In this document: piece after piece, positions 38,448-48,652 of the stretch
Numbering within the stretch: position 1 is the first letter of the stretch
Layout of the letters: each line of letters opens with the position of its first letter
NCBI GenBank assembly: GCA_003345595.1
Contig: PRDI01000129.1
Location: forward strand, 6,675-70,674
DNA from: Candidatus Thorarchaeota archaeon
GTDB lineage: Archaea; Asgardarchaeota; Thorarchaeia; Thorarchaeales; Thorarchaeaceae
Length of the DNA stretch: 64,000 nt
Direction of reading: 5' to 3'
The notes under the pieces: generated by a model
Told to the model about the DNA's origin: nothing
Seen by the model: the letters and a program-made list of their open reading frames with translations, nothing else
Databases searched by the model: none
Made by a program: the position numbers and the translations under genes

Positions 38448-39782
38448 CTATTGGGCAACCTCAGACTTTGCCTCGTCACCCACTTCGCCGGATTTCACCA
38501 AGAGCATGAGAATGAGTGCAATGACGAAGAACACAATTGAAACCGGAAAGAGGACCTTGATGGAAGTCAAGTCAAAGATCATTCCGGTCAGAAGCGGCCC
38601 GAGAATTGCTGCAGTCATACTGAAAGCATAGTATAGCCCAGTCCCAGCTCCAAGACGAGCCTTACCAAGCTGTTCCCACACCATGACTATGCTGTTTACA
38701 TTCACGAGAGCCCACCCGAACCCTGCGACTGCGAGGATGCCCAGAATCATCGTAGGATTCGTCAGATAGAACAGGACAACCAGCGACGCAATCATCACAA
38801 GTAGGCCGATCAAGATGGTGTTGCGCCGACCTATCTTACCTGCTATGAAGCCTGCGGGTATCGCGAATACGACAAAGGACAACGCGATTCCGTTCAGGAG
38901 GAAGGACGCATCGGCAGTTTCGAAGAGGAGGACTTCTTTGCCATACTTCGTGAACCATGTTTCGATTGCATTGTATCCAAAGAACCAGAACAGTATCGCG
39001 CCAAGCAACGCTATGGCGGACTTGTCCTTTGCGAAGGAAACCTCCCTGAAAGCTCCTACAATGCCAATCTCCTTTGGTTTTGCCGTATCTACAGGCGGTA
39101 GTGGTGGCTCTCTGACAATCAGATAAAGGAATGTGAGCGCAATGATCATGATCACTGATGTGGTCAGAAATGCCAAAATGGGACCAATCTTGTTGAGCGG
39201 CACCCCAAACAAGGCCGCTATGCCCGGGTCCTGAATCTTGTATATTCGCGATGCAATGAGGAATGCATAGATGGCTCCAATGCCGCCCATAAGATTGATG
39301 ACACCATTCGCATTGCTCCTGTGCTTTGATGGCACTAAGTCGGGCATGAGTGCTACCACTGGCGCGCGATAGTATGCCATTGACACATTGAAGAGAGTCA
39401 GGAATGCGAACATCATCCAGAAATTGAAGGACGCCCAACCATATGCTGTCAGCATAAAGAATATGGCTGCAGCAGGAGTACCCATCAAGATGAACGGCAT
39501 TCTGCGCCCGAGTCTGGACCGTACTTTGTCTGACCTTGCACCGATATACGGTTGCATGAACAGAGCAAGCACATTGTCAAGGACCATTATAGCCCCAATT
39601 ATCGTGTTCTCCAGACTCCCTGAGATGAATGTTGGGAGGAAGTCTGCAGGTAGGTAGCTGTTGTAGACGCTCCAAGAAACCCCGGTCGTGAAGAAGCCAA
39701 GGCCTATGGCGAATACATACAGCCAACGCATCTTCTCCGGTGCTGCCTGCGCGCCGCTAGCAGCCTCTGTGTCTGTTGCCAT
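38448..39782 (-). CDS. MFS transporter, SLC45/GPH (maltose/sucrose permease)-like
   Basis: QPYIGARSDK.RSRLGRRMPF, PVVALMPDL, GTGLYY. Confidence 0.88.
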   Translation of the reverse strand: MATDTEAASGAQAAPEKMRWLYVFAIGLGFFTTGVSWSVYNSYLPADFLPTFISGSLENTIIGAIMVLDNVLALFMQPYIGARSDKVRSRLGRRMPFILMGTPAAAIFFMLTAYGWASFNFWMMFAFLTLFNVSMAYYRAPVVALMPDLVPSKHRSNANGVINLMGGIGAIYAFLIASRIYKIQDPGIAALFGVPLNKIGPILAFLTTSVIMIIALTFLYLIVREPPLPPVDTAKPKEIGIVGAFREVSFAKDKSAIALLGAILFWFFGYNAIETWFTKYGKEVLLFETADASFLLNGIALSFVVFAIPAGFIAGKIGRRNTILIGLLVMIASLVVLFYLTNPTMILGILAVAGFGWALVNVNSIVMVWEQLGKARLGAGTGLYYAFSMTAAILGPLLTGMIFDLTSIKVLFPVSIVFFVIALILMLLVKSGEVGDEAKSEVAQ

Positions 39783-39888
39783 TCTTCTCTCTCACTCCGC
39801 GCAACTGTCAAAGCTCGTTTCCTTACAAAATGCAGAACCGATATAATAGACTGCTGCATTCACTTCTGTGCGGACTCCTGTGGGTACT

Positions 39889-41868
39889 CTAGTGCTTTCT
39901 GAAGAGCAAGCCATCAAGGAGCTGTTCGATCGAGCATGCGCAGTCAGTGAAGACCAGATTGCGGATGGAGTCGTCGAATGTTTCAAGATAGATGACCTTC
40001 ACCACATGGCGAATCTGTGGCTCATCGCGACTCCGCACAGGTCGTCCATCTTTCCACTGGCCGGTGAATACGACCTTCTTGATACGCGGGAGCAGGACTT
40101 CTTCGAACGAACTGTCCTTCTCAACGAGAATGTACTTCCTCCGCCCCCCGTCTCTTCTGTTCTGCTCAATCGTTGCGTGAGCAGTTGTGCCCGATCCCGC
40201 AAAGAAGTCCAGGACAAGGTCGTTCATTGAGGTCGAGAGAAGGAGGATTCTCTCGACAAGGCCAACGGGCTTTGGATTGGTATAAACCAACTGTCCAAAG
40301 AGCGCTTTCAGAGTTCGAGTACCATCCGTCGTTGTCCCAACATCATCCCACCAAGTACTGACTGCGCGGCCTCTGGCATCTTTGAGGTAGTGCTTCCGTT
40401 GAATGTTTCCGCCAGTGACCTTGAGCTCTCCTTTGTCATGGAGTTTCTGCATAGTTTCCTTGGAATATCGGAAGTGACCGGCCGCGCCCATGAACTCATA
40501 GTAGGGATTTCCTTTGCGCGCGCCGCCGGGACCGTCTGTAGGAACCCACTTGTAGGGGCCTCTGCCATCGCCATCGTCATTCTTGAACTCGGCCGCTGCA
40601 ATGTCATCGATAGGCACCCTGAAAGAGAATCGCTTCTCAAAGACTGATTGTTTGTTCTTTGCATAGAGGAGTATCGCATTGTGGTTGGCTGAGATGATGA
40701 GGTCATTCGAAACAGACTTCCGATGCTGGTGACATATCATCGAAACGCTGTTCTCGGGTCCAAACACCATATCCATCAGCAACTTCAGATGAAAGAGCTG
40801 GTTGTCATCGATACTCACGAAGACAAGACCGTCTTCTGTCAACCACTCTCGGGCCAAGCGCAACCTATCCGCCATCATTGACAACCAGTGAGAAGGTTTG
40901 TATCTGTCCTTGTAGACGAAGCTCTTGCTCCGAGTATTGTAGGGGGGATCGATGTAGATGCATTTCACGCGCCCATGGTATATCTCTAAGAGAGCATTTA
41001 GCGCTTGTAGGTTGTCGCTCTTGACTACAACGCCATCGATGTGTTTATCCAAGTCATCAAGCGAGTTCAGTAGCCTATTCTTGAAGTCCTCTGGAAAATG
41101 CCTCGTGTCAACGACGAGGGAGCCATTGTGACGCAGAAAGTCATGATTAAGAATGGTCCCCTCACTCGAAGAATCCTGAAGCATGTACAGGCGACGCCAC
41201 TCCTTAATCTGAGAAGCGTTACCAACGACCTCGTCCCACATTTCCTCGGGAATCCAGTTTATGGTGAGGCAATATTCTGTTCTGAGTACGAGTTTCTTCT
41301 TCTCAAAGAGAGTCTTGTACAGTTCTTCGACTTGGGCCACACGGTCGATTAATCTTGAGCATATATCCCGAGTAATCCCACAGCGAGTGATAGCATCCAC
41401 GAGAGGAAAAGAGGAGTCCGTTCGGCTTCCGAAACTTGATAGATTCTTTCCAATGAAGACGTCTAGCTCCTGAAGAAGAGCCGCCTTCAAGCATTTGTGA
41501 ATCATTGACTCTGTCGCATCGTCAACGTAATACTGGTCCCTGTCACGCCAGGTGAATCTGACACCTTCGCTGTCTGCATGCGTGCTGATTGATTCCAGTT
41601 CCATTGGAGGAACAAGAACGCCATCATGATAGAAGAGTGAGAAGAACCTGAGGACATCATTGAGAATCGCGTCGCTGAGCTCAGTGGAGAGAGATGGACA
41701 CGTAGCAAACGCATTGGACAGTATACTTGGCAAATCCTCTGCAAGAAGTCTGTCAAGCAGACCGTATCTTGACTCATCAAGGCAAGATACATCAGCAGTG
41801 GAACCAGTCCTGTCACGCTGGAACAGGCGCATGAATGACTGCTGAAAACGTGTGGTTGATTTGTCCAC
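39889..41868 (-). CDS. site-specific DNA amino-methyltransferase (beta class, Type III Mod-like), no Res partner nearby
   Basis: DNLQALN, IYIDPPYNT, FVSIDDN, NPKPVGL, LDFFAGSGTT. Confidence 0.88.
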   Translation of the reverse strand: MDKSTTRFQQSFMRLFQRDRTGSTADVSCLDESRYGLLDRLLAEDLPSILSNAFATCPSLSTELSDAILNDVLRFFSLFYHDGVLVPPMELESISTHADSEGVRFTWRDRDQYYVDDATESMIHKCLKAALLQELDVFIGKNLSSFGSRTDSSFPLVDAITRCGITRDICSRLIDRVAQVEELYKTLFEKKKLVLRTEYCLTINWIPEEMWDEVVGNASQIKEWRRLYMLQDSSSEGTILNHDFLRHNGSLVVDTRHFPEDFKNRLLNSLDDLDKHIDGVVVKSDNLQALNALLEIYHGRVKCIYIDPPYNTRSKSFVYKDRYKPSHWLSMMADRLRLAREWLTEDGLVFVSIDDNQLFHLKLLMDMVFGPENSVSMICHQHRKSVSNDLIISANHNAILLYAKNKQSVFEKRFSFRVPIDDIAAAEFKNDDGDGRGPYKWVPTDGPGGARKGNPYYEFMGAAGHFRYSKETMQKLHDKGELKVTGGNIQRKHYLKDARGRAVSTWWDDVGTTTDGTRTLKALFGQLVYTNPKPVGLVERILLLSTSMNDLVLDFFAGSGTTAHATIEQNRRDGGRRKYILVEKDSSFEEVLLPRIKKVVFTGQWKDGRPVRSRDEPQIRHVVKVIYLETFDDSIRNLVFTDCACSIEQLLDGLLFRKH

Positions 41869-41973
41869 TACTTTGTCACCAGCAACGTAATGACCGAGAG
41901 TCTACTAAGTTCGACAGCCGCTATTAACACTGCGGGTAAACCCTGATTGCACTAACAGCTGGGGTTGGCAGCA

Positions 41974-42813
41974 ATGATTGTCAGGAAAATGAGCATTGAC
42001 GACACCGACTTCGCCCTAAGCCTGACCTCAGGAGAAGGATGGTCCGACATCAAGAGTGATTTCGAGAGCTTGATTTCATACTCGCCAGCTGCAGCGTTTG
42101 TGGGCGAAGAAGATGGCAGAAGAATCGGGATGATCAGCGCGGTTTCCTATGGCAATCTCGGTTTCATCGGCTCGCTCATTGTTGTCAGGGACTGTAGGAA
42201 CAAGGGCCATGGCACAAATCTCATGAAGCACGCAATTGAACACCTCTCAGGGCTGGGAGTCAAGACACTGATGCTGGATGCCGTCGAAGCAGCTATTCCA
42301 GTGTATAGGAAACTTGGTTTCAGTACCGTGTGCCGTTCTCTCAGGATGAAGGGCGTGGTTGAAGCAAGGAGGACAGATAATGTGCGGCCGATGACGAGAA
42401 GAGATCTGCCTACTGTCTTGACAATCGATCAAGCACACTTTGGTGCGGATCGATCACACTTCCTGAAGCGGACATGGAGCCTATTCCCGGAGTTCTGCAA
42501 GACGCTTGACATCGGCAAGAGTGTCCAAGGATATGTGATGGGCAGCCCGGGGAACGACTTCATCAGAATCGCACCGTGGATTGTGAACGGAGGTGTCCAT
42601 CGAGGAGAGGATCTTCTGCGAGAGCTGGCAGCTCAATCGGGTGGAAAGGCCCTCAGAATGGGAGTCCTTGAGCGGGACACAACGACGGTTGAGTTGCTGA
42701 AGACACTCGGCTTTGAGGAAGTGTCTTCTTCATACCGCATGATTCATGGAGATTCATCGATTGTCGGGCTTTCGCAGGGGATTCATGCCATAGGCTCTCC
42801 TGCGAAAGGGTAG
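41974..42813 (+). CDS. GNAT acetyltransferase (two-domain, YitH-like)
   Basis: FIGSLIV...RNKGHG, LDA...PVYRKLGF; FGADR second domain. Confidence 0.88.
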   Translation: MIVRKMSIDDTDFALSLTSGEGWSDIKSDFESLISYSPAAAFVGEEDGRRIGMISAVSYGNLGFIGSLIVVRDCRNKGHGTNLMKHAIEHLSGLGVKTLMLDAVEAAIPVYRKLGFSTVCRSLRMKGVVEARRTDNVRPMTRRDLPTVLTIDQAHFGADRSHFLKRTWSLFPEFCKTLDIGKSVQGYVMGSPGNDFIRIAPWIVNGGVHRGEDLLRELAAQSGGKALRMGVLERDTTTVELLKTLGFEEVSSSYRMIHGDSSIVGLSQGIHAIGSPAKG

Positions 42814-42868
42814 CTTTGTGCTTTTCCGCGCTGAACCATGTTTTCCCACATTGGCATCCAGTACAATA

Positions 42869-44353
42869 TCATTTCTCTGGGCGACGAGCCACAGTCAGCC
42901 CGAGCCCCAAGATAGCGAATAGCGTCAAAACCACGATTGGAATCGCTATGTCGATGAGTGTTGCGCCAAAGAACACCACAGCCTTGACTGCCATCACGTA
43001 GTATGTCAGTGGAAACAGATACGGCAGGAAGCTAAGATAGGAAGGCAGTAGAGAAGCCGGGAAAAAGATCCCACAGAGAAATATCTGAGGAATGACGTAG
43101 ATTGGTATCATCTGTATGACTTGGAGCTCAGTCCTCATCCTATAAGATGCTGCGATTGCCAATGTCACGGACCCCATGACCAACAAGAGCACCAATGGAA
43201 TTAGGAGCCCCATCGCAGACAACATGCTTGGCGAGAAGTAGACTATGACGACGCTGATGATTGTTGTTTGAACGAAGGAAACGGCAATAAACGCGATGAC
43301 ATAGCCTATCACTATCTCTGTTTCATTGAGAGGTGAAGCACGCATTCTCTCAAGAGTGCCCTGTTGCCTTTCTCGCAAGAAGAAGACTCCAGAGATGATG
43401 AAGCCAAAGAAGAGGGCGAAGAAGCCAATAACCGACGGCCCCGCCAGCTCAATCATGGACATTCCGGCACTGCCATAGACATAGGTGACGGTGACTTCAG
43501 TGCCCTTGCCAACCGCAGACTTGGTGGCATCTGCAAGAGCCTTTTGAATAGCCGACAGAGCGATGCTTGCGTCTGTGCTCTCAATCCCGTTTACAAAGAG
43601 CTCAATGGTCGGCTCTCCACCAGTGAGTATCATGGTGGTAAAGTCCCCAGCAACGTAAACACCTGCAATGCTTCTTTCTTGACGAATGGATTCGATTACT
43701 GCTTCACGGCTTGCGCAGGAAATCAAAGACACGTTCCCATCAGCGGCTAGGTTCTCTTCGACCAGTGACCCAATCACGGTGCTGAAACCTTCGTCTTCAT
43801 TCACGAGTGAAATATTGAAGGAGAGATCTCCACCAATGGGTGGTGAAGGAAACTGGACAGTGACATTACGATTAATCGCGAGACCGCTTCTGCCGAGGAG
43901 TTGGGACAGTCCGTCACTAGTTGCGTTGGCCACCACCCCCATTATGAAAGTGGCCCGAGGCTGGACAGTGACATTGATATGTAGACCTAGACTGACATTC
44001 TCGCCTCTGATGATGGCTGATGTGAGAGTAGGCGGCATTATCAAGACGGCCTGCACGTCATTGCCAAAGCCATCGAAAGCATTGGCCCTAGATCTCTGGA
44101 TGACCGACACGTTCTGATTCTCATCTAGCTGTGCATTGATAGCGTCCCCCAGTGTTATCCCCCACGGCTGGTCCAGTATGCATGCTGCTGTGGGCACATT
44201 TGTCACTTCGCCAGTGAACATGAGTGCAAAGATGAAAGTGACAATGAGTGGGGCAACTATCATCAGCCCTAGAGTACGCCGGTCTCGCCGTATCTGGCGA
44301 GCAATTCGTTGCACCATAGTGCGAATCCTGTGCGCGTCGAAACTTCTACTCAT
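42869..44353 (-). CDS. ABC-2 type permease with duplicated extracellular domain
   Basis: RQIRRDRRTL, LRERQQGTLER...SP, PQIFLCGIFFP. Confidence 0.9.
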   Translation of the reverse strand: MSRSFDAHRIRTMVQRIARQIRRDRRTLGLMIVAPLIVTFIFALMFTGEVTNVPTAACILDQPWGITLGDAINAQLDENQNVSVIQRSRANAFDGFGNDVQAVLIMPPTLTSAIIRGENVSLGLHINVTVQPRATFIMGVVANATSDGLSQLLGRSGLAINRNVTVQFPSPPIGGDLSFNISLVNEDEGFSTVIGSLVEENLAADGNVSLISCASREAVIESIRQERSIAGVYVAGDFTTMILTGGEPTIELFVNGIESTDASIALSAIQKALADATKSAVGKGTEVTVTYVYGSAGMSMIELAGPSVIGFFALFFGFIISGVFFLRERQQGTLERMRASPLNETEIVIGYVIAFIAVSFVQTTIISVVIVYFSPSMLSAMGLLIPLVLLLVMGSVTLAIAASYRMRTELQVIQMIPIYVIPQIFLCGIFFPASLLPSYLSFLPYLFPLTYYVMAVKAVVFFGATLIDIAIPIVVLTLFAILGLGLTVARRPEK

Positions 44354-45267
44354 TGACCCGCCCTCCTTGCAAGGTACGAGAACGCCTCTTCGAGACCCGG
44401 CTGCTGAACCATTATCTTTCGGGCATGCACCCCTGACGCAGATATGGCTCCAAAGGCACGGAGAAGCATTTCATCGCTCTGCGTTCTGATTCTGAAGTGG
44501 CTCCCAGTGAATTCATTTTCTGCAATCCCATCTAGAGCTTGCTTGAGGCGAGGCGAGTCTTCAGGGCTCACCTCACCGGAGATGGTGCGCTCAAGCGGCA
44601 TAGAAGAGGTGAGTTCATTTGGAGACCCAAGTCCTATCAATCGGCCTTGAAGTATCATGGCCACGGTGTCACAACGAGAGGCCTCCTCAAGGTAGTGAGT
44701 TGTCATGATAATCGTCCGTCCCTGGCGGGCGAGCCCTTGGAAGTAGTCCCAGAACTCAGCACGCAGGTGGGGACTGATACCAACTGTGGGCTCGTCGAGG
44801 AAGATTAGCTCGGGATCATGGACAATCGTGCAGGCTAGGCTGAGTCTTTGCACAGTGCCCCCACTCAAGACCTCAACGGGACGATCAAGGTAGTCTGTGA
44901 TGCGAGTGAGCTCTGCCACTCTGGTGACGGCTTCGCCTCTCTTGTGCAAGTCTGACACACCATATGTATCAGCAAAGAACTCAAGGTTCTCCCTTGCAGT
45001 CAGGTCAGGATAGAGAGCCTTCTGTTGGGTCATGTACCCGAGCTTGGCCCTTTCTTCAGGAGACAGCAAGTCCGACCTTCGGTCCCCAATGTAGCACGCA
45101 CCTGAGGTGGGCTTCAGTATGCCAACCATCATTCGCACCAGTGTCGTCTTGCCTGCCCCATTCGGACCAATCATACCAAGGATGGTCCCGGGTGGAATCT
45201 CAAGACTGACATTGTCCACAGCCAAGACATCCCCGAAACGCTTGGAAACATTCGCGGCTCTAATCAA
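44350..45267 (-). CDS. ABC-2 type ATP-binding protein
   Basis: GPNGAGKT, LSGG, LDEPTVG, TTHYLEEA. Confidence 0.93.
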   Translation of the reverse strand: MIRAANVSKRFGDVLAVDNVSLEIPPGTILGMIGPNGAGKTTLVRMMVGILKPTSGACYIGDRRSDLLSPEERAKLGYMTQQKALYPDLTARENLEFFADTYGVSDLHKRGEAVTRVAELTRITDYLDRPVEVLSGGTVQRLSLACTIVHDPELIFLDEPTVGISPHLRAEFWDYFQGLARQGRTIIMTTHYLEEASRCDTVAMILQGRLIGLGSPNELTSSMPLERTISGEVSPEDSPRLKQALDGIAENEFTGSHFRIRTQSDEMLLRAFGAISASGVHARKIMVQQPGLEEAFSYLARRAGQ

Positions 45268-45572
45268 TGGTCATGTCACCACCAAATCCTGCCTCTTCCT
45301 CGTCCAGAGGGCGTCTGGACCAGTGCTGCTCTCTATGGCCCATCCAAATGATAAAGGAGTGGTGTTACTCTAGAGGTTACAGGGAAGGTTGACGATGGAT
45401 TCGGAGAACCTCAACGACTGTCATAATGATGTGGTTTGCGGGAACAGTGCATCGTGACCATGGTCACGTTTAGCCTTCAGAACCGCGAGGGCTGACAGAT
45501 TCCTGTTACCCCAAAAGTGACAAGAACTTGAAGAGTTTCTACGTATGCTGTCAGTCGGCCCGAAGTGATCAC

Positions 45573-46400
45573 ATGAGTAGCGATGACGTTGTGTCCGAGC
45601 TGATGCACCTAGGTCTGAACAGGAGCGAAGCAAGGGCCTACAAGGTGCTGGCTTCTGTTGGCCAATCTACGGCGCGTGCAGTCGCAGATTCTTCAGGAGT
45701 GCCGAGGAGCAAGGTCTACGAAGTCCTCTATTCCCTTGAACAGAGAGGCCTTGTCAGGAGAGCAGTTGGCACGAGTCCCACGGAGTTCAGAGCATACGAA
45801 CCGCGCAACGCGATACCGTATCTGATAGAGAAACTGCAGAACTCGGGCAAGTCCGTACTAGCCGAGCTTGAGAGTCTCGCCATGCAAAAGAAGGCTGCAT
45901 CAGAAGAGTTCGTGTGGACTGAGGCGGGCAGTGACCAAATCAAACTGGGCACGAGAGAGGCAATCGCAAGGGCAACAAAGGAAGTCTTCATTGCAACAAG
46001 GGACCCGGGCCTTCTGAGTTCGCTGAGGCCTGCGTTGGCTGACGCGAAGAAAAGAGGAGTCGAGATAAAGCTGGTATCAGGGGGACTCAGCGATCAGAAT
46101 CTGGAGGAGTTCAAACATTACGCAACCATCGTCGATGTGACAGAATTGAGCTCTCGAGTTCTCATTGACCAGCTGCAGAAGGTCCTTGCTGATGAAACGA
46201 TTGAAACTGCCGGTTGGGACCCGAATCAGATCTCTATGGTTCTGATTGACAACTCAGAGAGTGTTGCTGTCTTCAAGCCATTGCAGGATTCGGCACGGCC
46301 GTGGTGCTTACACGTTAGAAGTCCACTCATAGCCATCTTCCAGCGACAAGTGATTGTTGCCCTTCTTGGAGCAGTCGAACGTCTGCTTTCAGGAAAGTAA
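45573..46400 (+). CDS. TrmB-family transcriptional regulator
   Basis: LGLNRSEARAY...SGVPRSKVYEVL.SLE.RGLV, followed by an effector-binding domain. Confidence 0.92.
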   Translation: MSSDDVVSELMHLGLNRSEARAYKVLASVGQSTARAVADSSGVPRSKVYEVLYSLEQRGLVRRAVGTSPTEFRAYEPRNAIPYLIEKLQNSGKSVLAELESLAMQKKAASEEFVWTEAGSDQIKLGTREAIARATKEVFIATRDPGLLSSLRPALADAKKRGVEIKLVSGGLSDQNLEEFKHYATIVDVTELSSRVLIDQLQKVLADETIETAGWDPNQISMVLIDNSESVAVFKPLQDSARPWCLHVRSPLIAIFQRQVIVALLGAVERLLSGK

Positions 46401-46564
46401 TCAGAATCCCGCCAAGGTCTGAAATGATTGGCGGACTCGAGTATCCTACCCACCAACTCACGGGGACAGATTGATATTCAGGCTCAGGAATCGGCTGGTC
46501 AAGGGAGCCTGTGAATAAGCTCTCAGGAGCGAAGTCGGGTTTGAAGGAGTCCCATTTGAAAGCC

Positions 46565-47350
46565 ATGAGATGCCCTTCATGTCACAAGGCACTTCGCCTT
46601 TCCGAGAGATATCCGGAAGGTGATGAGATTGAGAGTGGAAAAATCGTGTGTGAGAAAGGGCACAGATGGGCTATAGACGAAGGCATCCCAACGATGATCT
46701 ACCCCAAGGTGAACGAGAAAGACGAGGCTTGGATCAGACAGTACGACGACTTGGCCGAGAACTATGACGAATTCCTGAAAACATATGATAAATGGCTTGG
46801 TGTCGACATGATGAAGGAGAGGGAGAGAGCAGGACTTTATGTTACAATGGAGGGTCCTGTCAAGGTACTTGATATCAGCGTAGGGACAGGCGCGAACTTC
46901 GTTGCCCTGTTCAATGCGTTCAGGAACGAGATGGGCAGGTTCAATCTCCATGGTCTCGATCTATCACGTGGAATGCTGAGAGTTGCGAAAAGGAAGTTCA
47001 AGGAACTGGATATCACTGTGGGCCTTGTCAACGCAAGTGTCTTCAACACACCATTCCAAGACAACTACTTCAGCCTAGTGCTCCACAGCGGCGGCATCAA
47101 TACGTTCTCGGACAAAGGCCGCGCACTCGAAGAGATGTGGCGTGTGGCGAAACCTGGTGGTGTCGTCTTGGTCAGTGACGAAGGGCTGTCTCCGGAGGTG
47201 AGAGGCTCGGAGAGAGGAAGAGAGATACTCAAGACCAACGCGTTATTTGGATCAAAACCGCCGCTGCAGTATGTCCCGCAAGGAGCACGGAACCTCGAAG
47301 TCACCTACGTCATGAATGGGACTTTCTATCAGATGGCCTTCGGCAAATGA
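46565..47350 (+). CDS. class I SAM methyltransferase with N-terminal Trm112-like Zn domain
   Basis: CPSC...CEKGH.W.I.EGIP; VLDISVGTG, GLDLS.GML, GGINTF. Confidence 0.85.
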   Translation: MRCPSCHKALRLSERYPEGDEIESGKIVCEKGHRWAIDEGIPTMIYPKVNEKDEAWIRQYDDLAENYDEFLKTYDKWLGVDMMKERERAGLYVTMEGPVKVLDISVGTGANFVALFNAFRNEMGRFNLHGLDLSRGMLRVAKRKFKELDITVGLVNASVFNTPFQDNYFSLVLHSGGINTFSDKGRALEEMWRVAKPGGVVLVSDEGLSPEVRGSERGREILKTNALFGSKPPLQYVPQGARNLEVTYVMNGTFYQMAFGK

Positions 47351-47601
47351 TCCGGGTTTCCGAATTGAAGTTATACTCAAGAATTAGGAGAAAGCAGTAG
47401 GGACAGCTCGTCCTCTCCAACCAGTCCTAGGAAAAATAGAACGGTGCTTACGTGGCTTCCCACATAAGCACATCTTCAAGCGTCAAGGAGCGACACGTGT
47501 TATTCTGATTGCCCTTGTCAGCGCTCTTTGCGGTATGTAGAAATGCTCTTGTCCTGCGAGCAACTTGGCGGATTCCCTGGTCTTGCATTGCTAGCTCTTC
47601 C

Positions 47602-47709
47602 CTATCTCCTGTAAACATAGGCGTAGTAGAGAGCGCTAGTGCTCATCACAGTTCGAGGGTGCTTGCTAGCAGTCGTGTTCGGCTTCTGAGAATCGGTTTC
47701 GTGTGCCAT
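47602..47709 (-). CDS. putative 35-aa small protein
   Basis: MAHETDSQKPNTTASKHPRTVMSTSALYYAYVYRR*; SD GGTGA about 6 nt upstream; TTTATATA box at about 47770-47777. Confidence 0.45.
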   Translation of the reverse strand: MAHETDSQKPNTTASKHPRTVMSTSALYYAYVYRR

Positions 47710-47717
47710 AGTCTTTC

Positions 47718-47850
47718 ACCATTGGTTTGTGTTGGAAACTATTCGATGGTTTTGGTGTGTACTCGAAAGTATATAAAGGTTTGGTCACCCAACCATTATG
47801 ATGGACATTATGTCAGTGACCAATGGTTCATAGAACAAAACTTTAATACG
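47718..47850. promoter_or_regulatory. divergent promoter region with two ACCAWTGGT palindromes
   Basis: accattggt 47718-47726 and accaatggt 47819-47827; TATA boxes TTTATATA (-) and TTTAATA (+, about 47842). Confidence 0.45.
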
Positions 47851-47869
47851 CAAACTTTCAAAGAGGCCC

Positions 47870-48652
47870 ATGAACATGGAAAATGCCTCTAAGGTAGGAC
47901 TTGGTGATACGGAAATGTCCGAGGAACTGACTGACACACTGACCGGGATTGTAGTGACGCAGGAAGGCAAGAAACCTCAGAGGGAACTGGAATTCGTGAC
48001 AGACGAAAAGAAAGCCAGCGTTCTTCTTGAACCCGTCCGGCGTCATATTGTCAACGTTCTCAGAAAAGGCATCGATGACGAAGTGACTTCGGAGGAGTTC
48101 AACAAGGAAACCAGTGAGAGAATCATCCGCAAGAGAGCAGTGAAGCGCTATACGATGTCAGTAGTTGAGATTGTAAAGGCATCGACCTGTGACAAGAGTG
48201 CCCAGGGATTCACAAAGAACCAAGTCTACCATCACCTGCCGACATTGATTGAGGCAGGGTTTGTTATCAAGTATGGCACAGTCACTACTGGCAAGCGCAC
48301 TACAGACTACTACCGAAGGACAGCAAGGGGATTCGTAATAGCGGTCAAGCCGGCTGCAAAGGATGAGAAGGTCGTTCGAAAAGAGGTTTCTGAAAAGATT
48401 GGGAGGATATTGAGCACGTTCCAACTGGACGTGCAAGACGACCGCAAGCAAGAACTTGTGGATCTTGCGACCCGTCTGTCAGTGATGGAAACATCTTGGC
48501 GGGCAAAGATAGGCAAGCTAGTCAGAGACGACATCGCTGATCCTGACATAATCGACATCTTTGCGTCGCTGGTGGACATATATGGCGAAGGTTCGGAAGA
48601 GTACAGAAACCTGAAACTGAGAATGCGTGAGATACTGTTCCCCTCGGGCTGA
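47870..48652 (+). CDS. ArsR-like winged-helix regulator with helical C-terminal domain
   Basis: LLEPVRRHIVNVLR...MSVVEI...KNQVYHHLPTLIEAGFV...TDYYRRTA. Confidence 0.8.
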   Translation: MNMENASKVGLGDTEMSEELTDTLTGIVVTQEGKKPQRELEFVTDEKKASVLLEPVRRHIVNVLRKGIDDEVTSEEFNKETSERIIRKRAVKRYTMSVVEIVKASTCDKSAQGFTKNQVYHHLPTLIEAGFVIKYGTVTTGKRTTDYYRRTARGFVIAVKPAAKDEKVVRKEVSEKIGRILSTFQLDVQDDRKQELVDLATRLSVMETSWRAKIGKLVRDDIADPDIIDIFASLVDIYGEGSEEYRNLKLRMREILFPSG

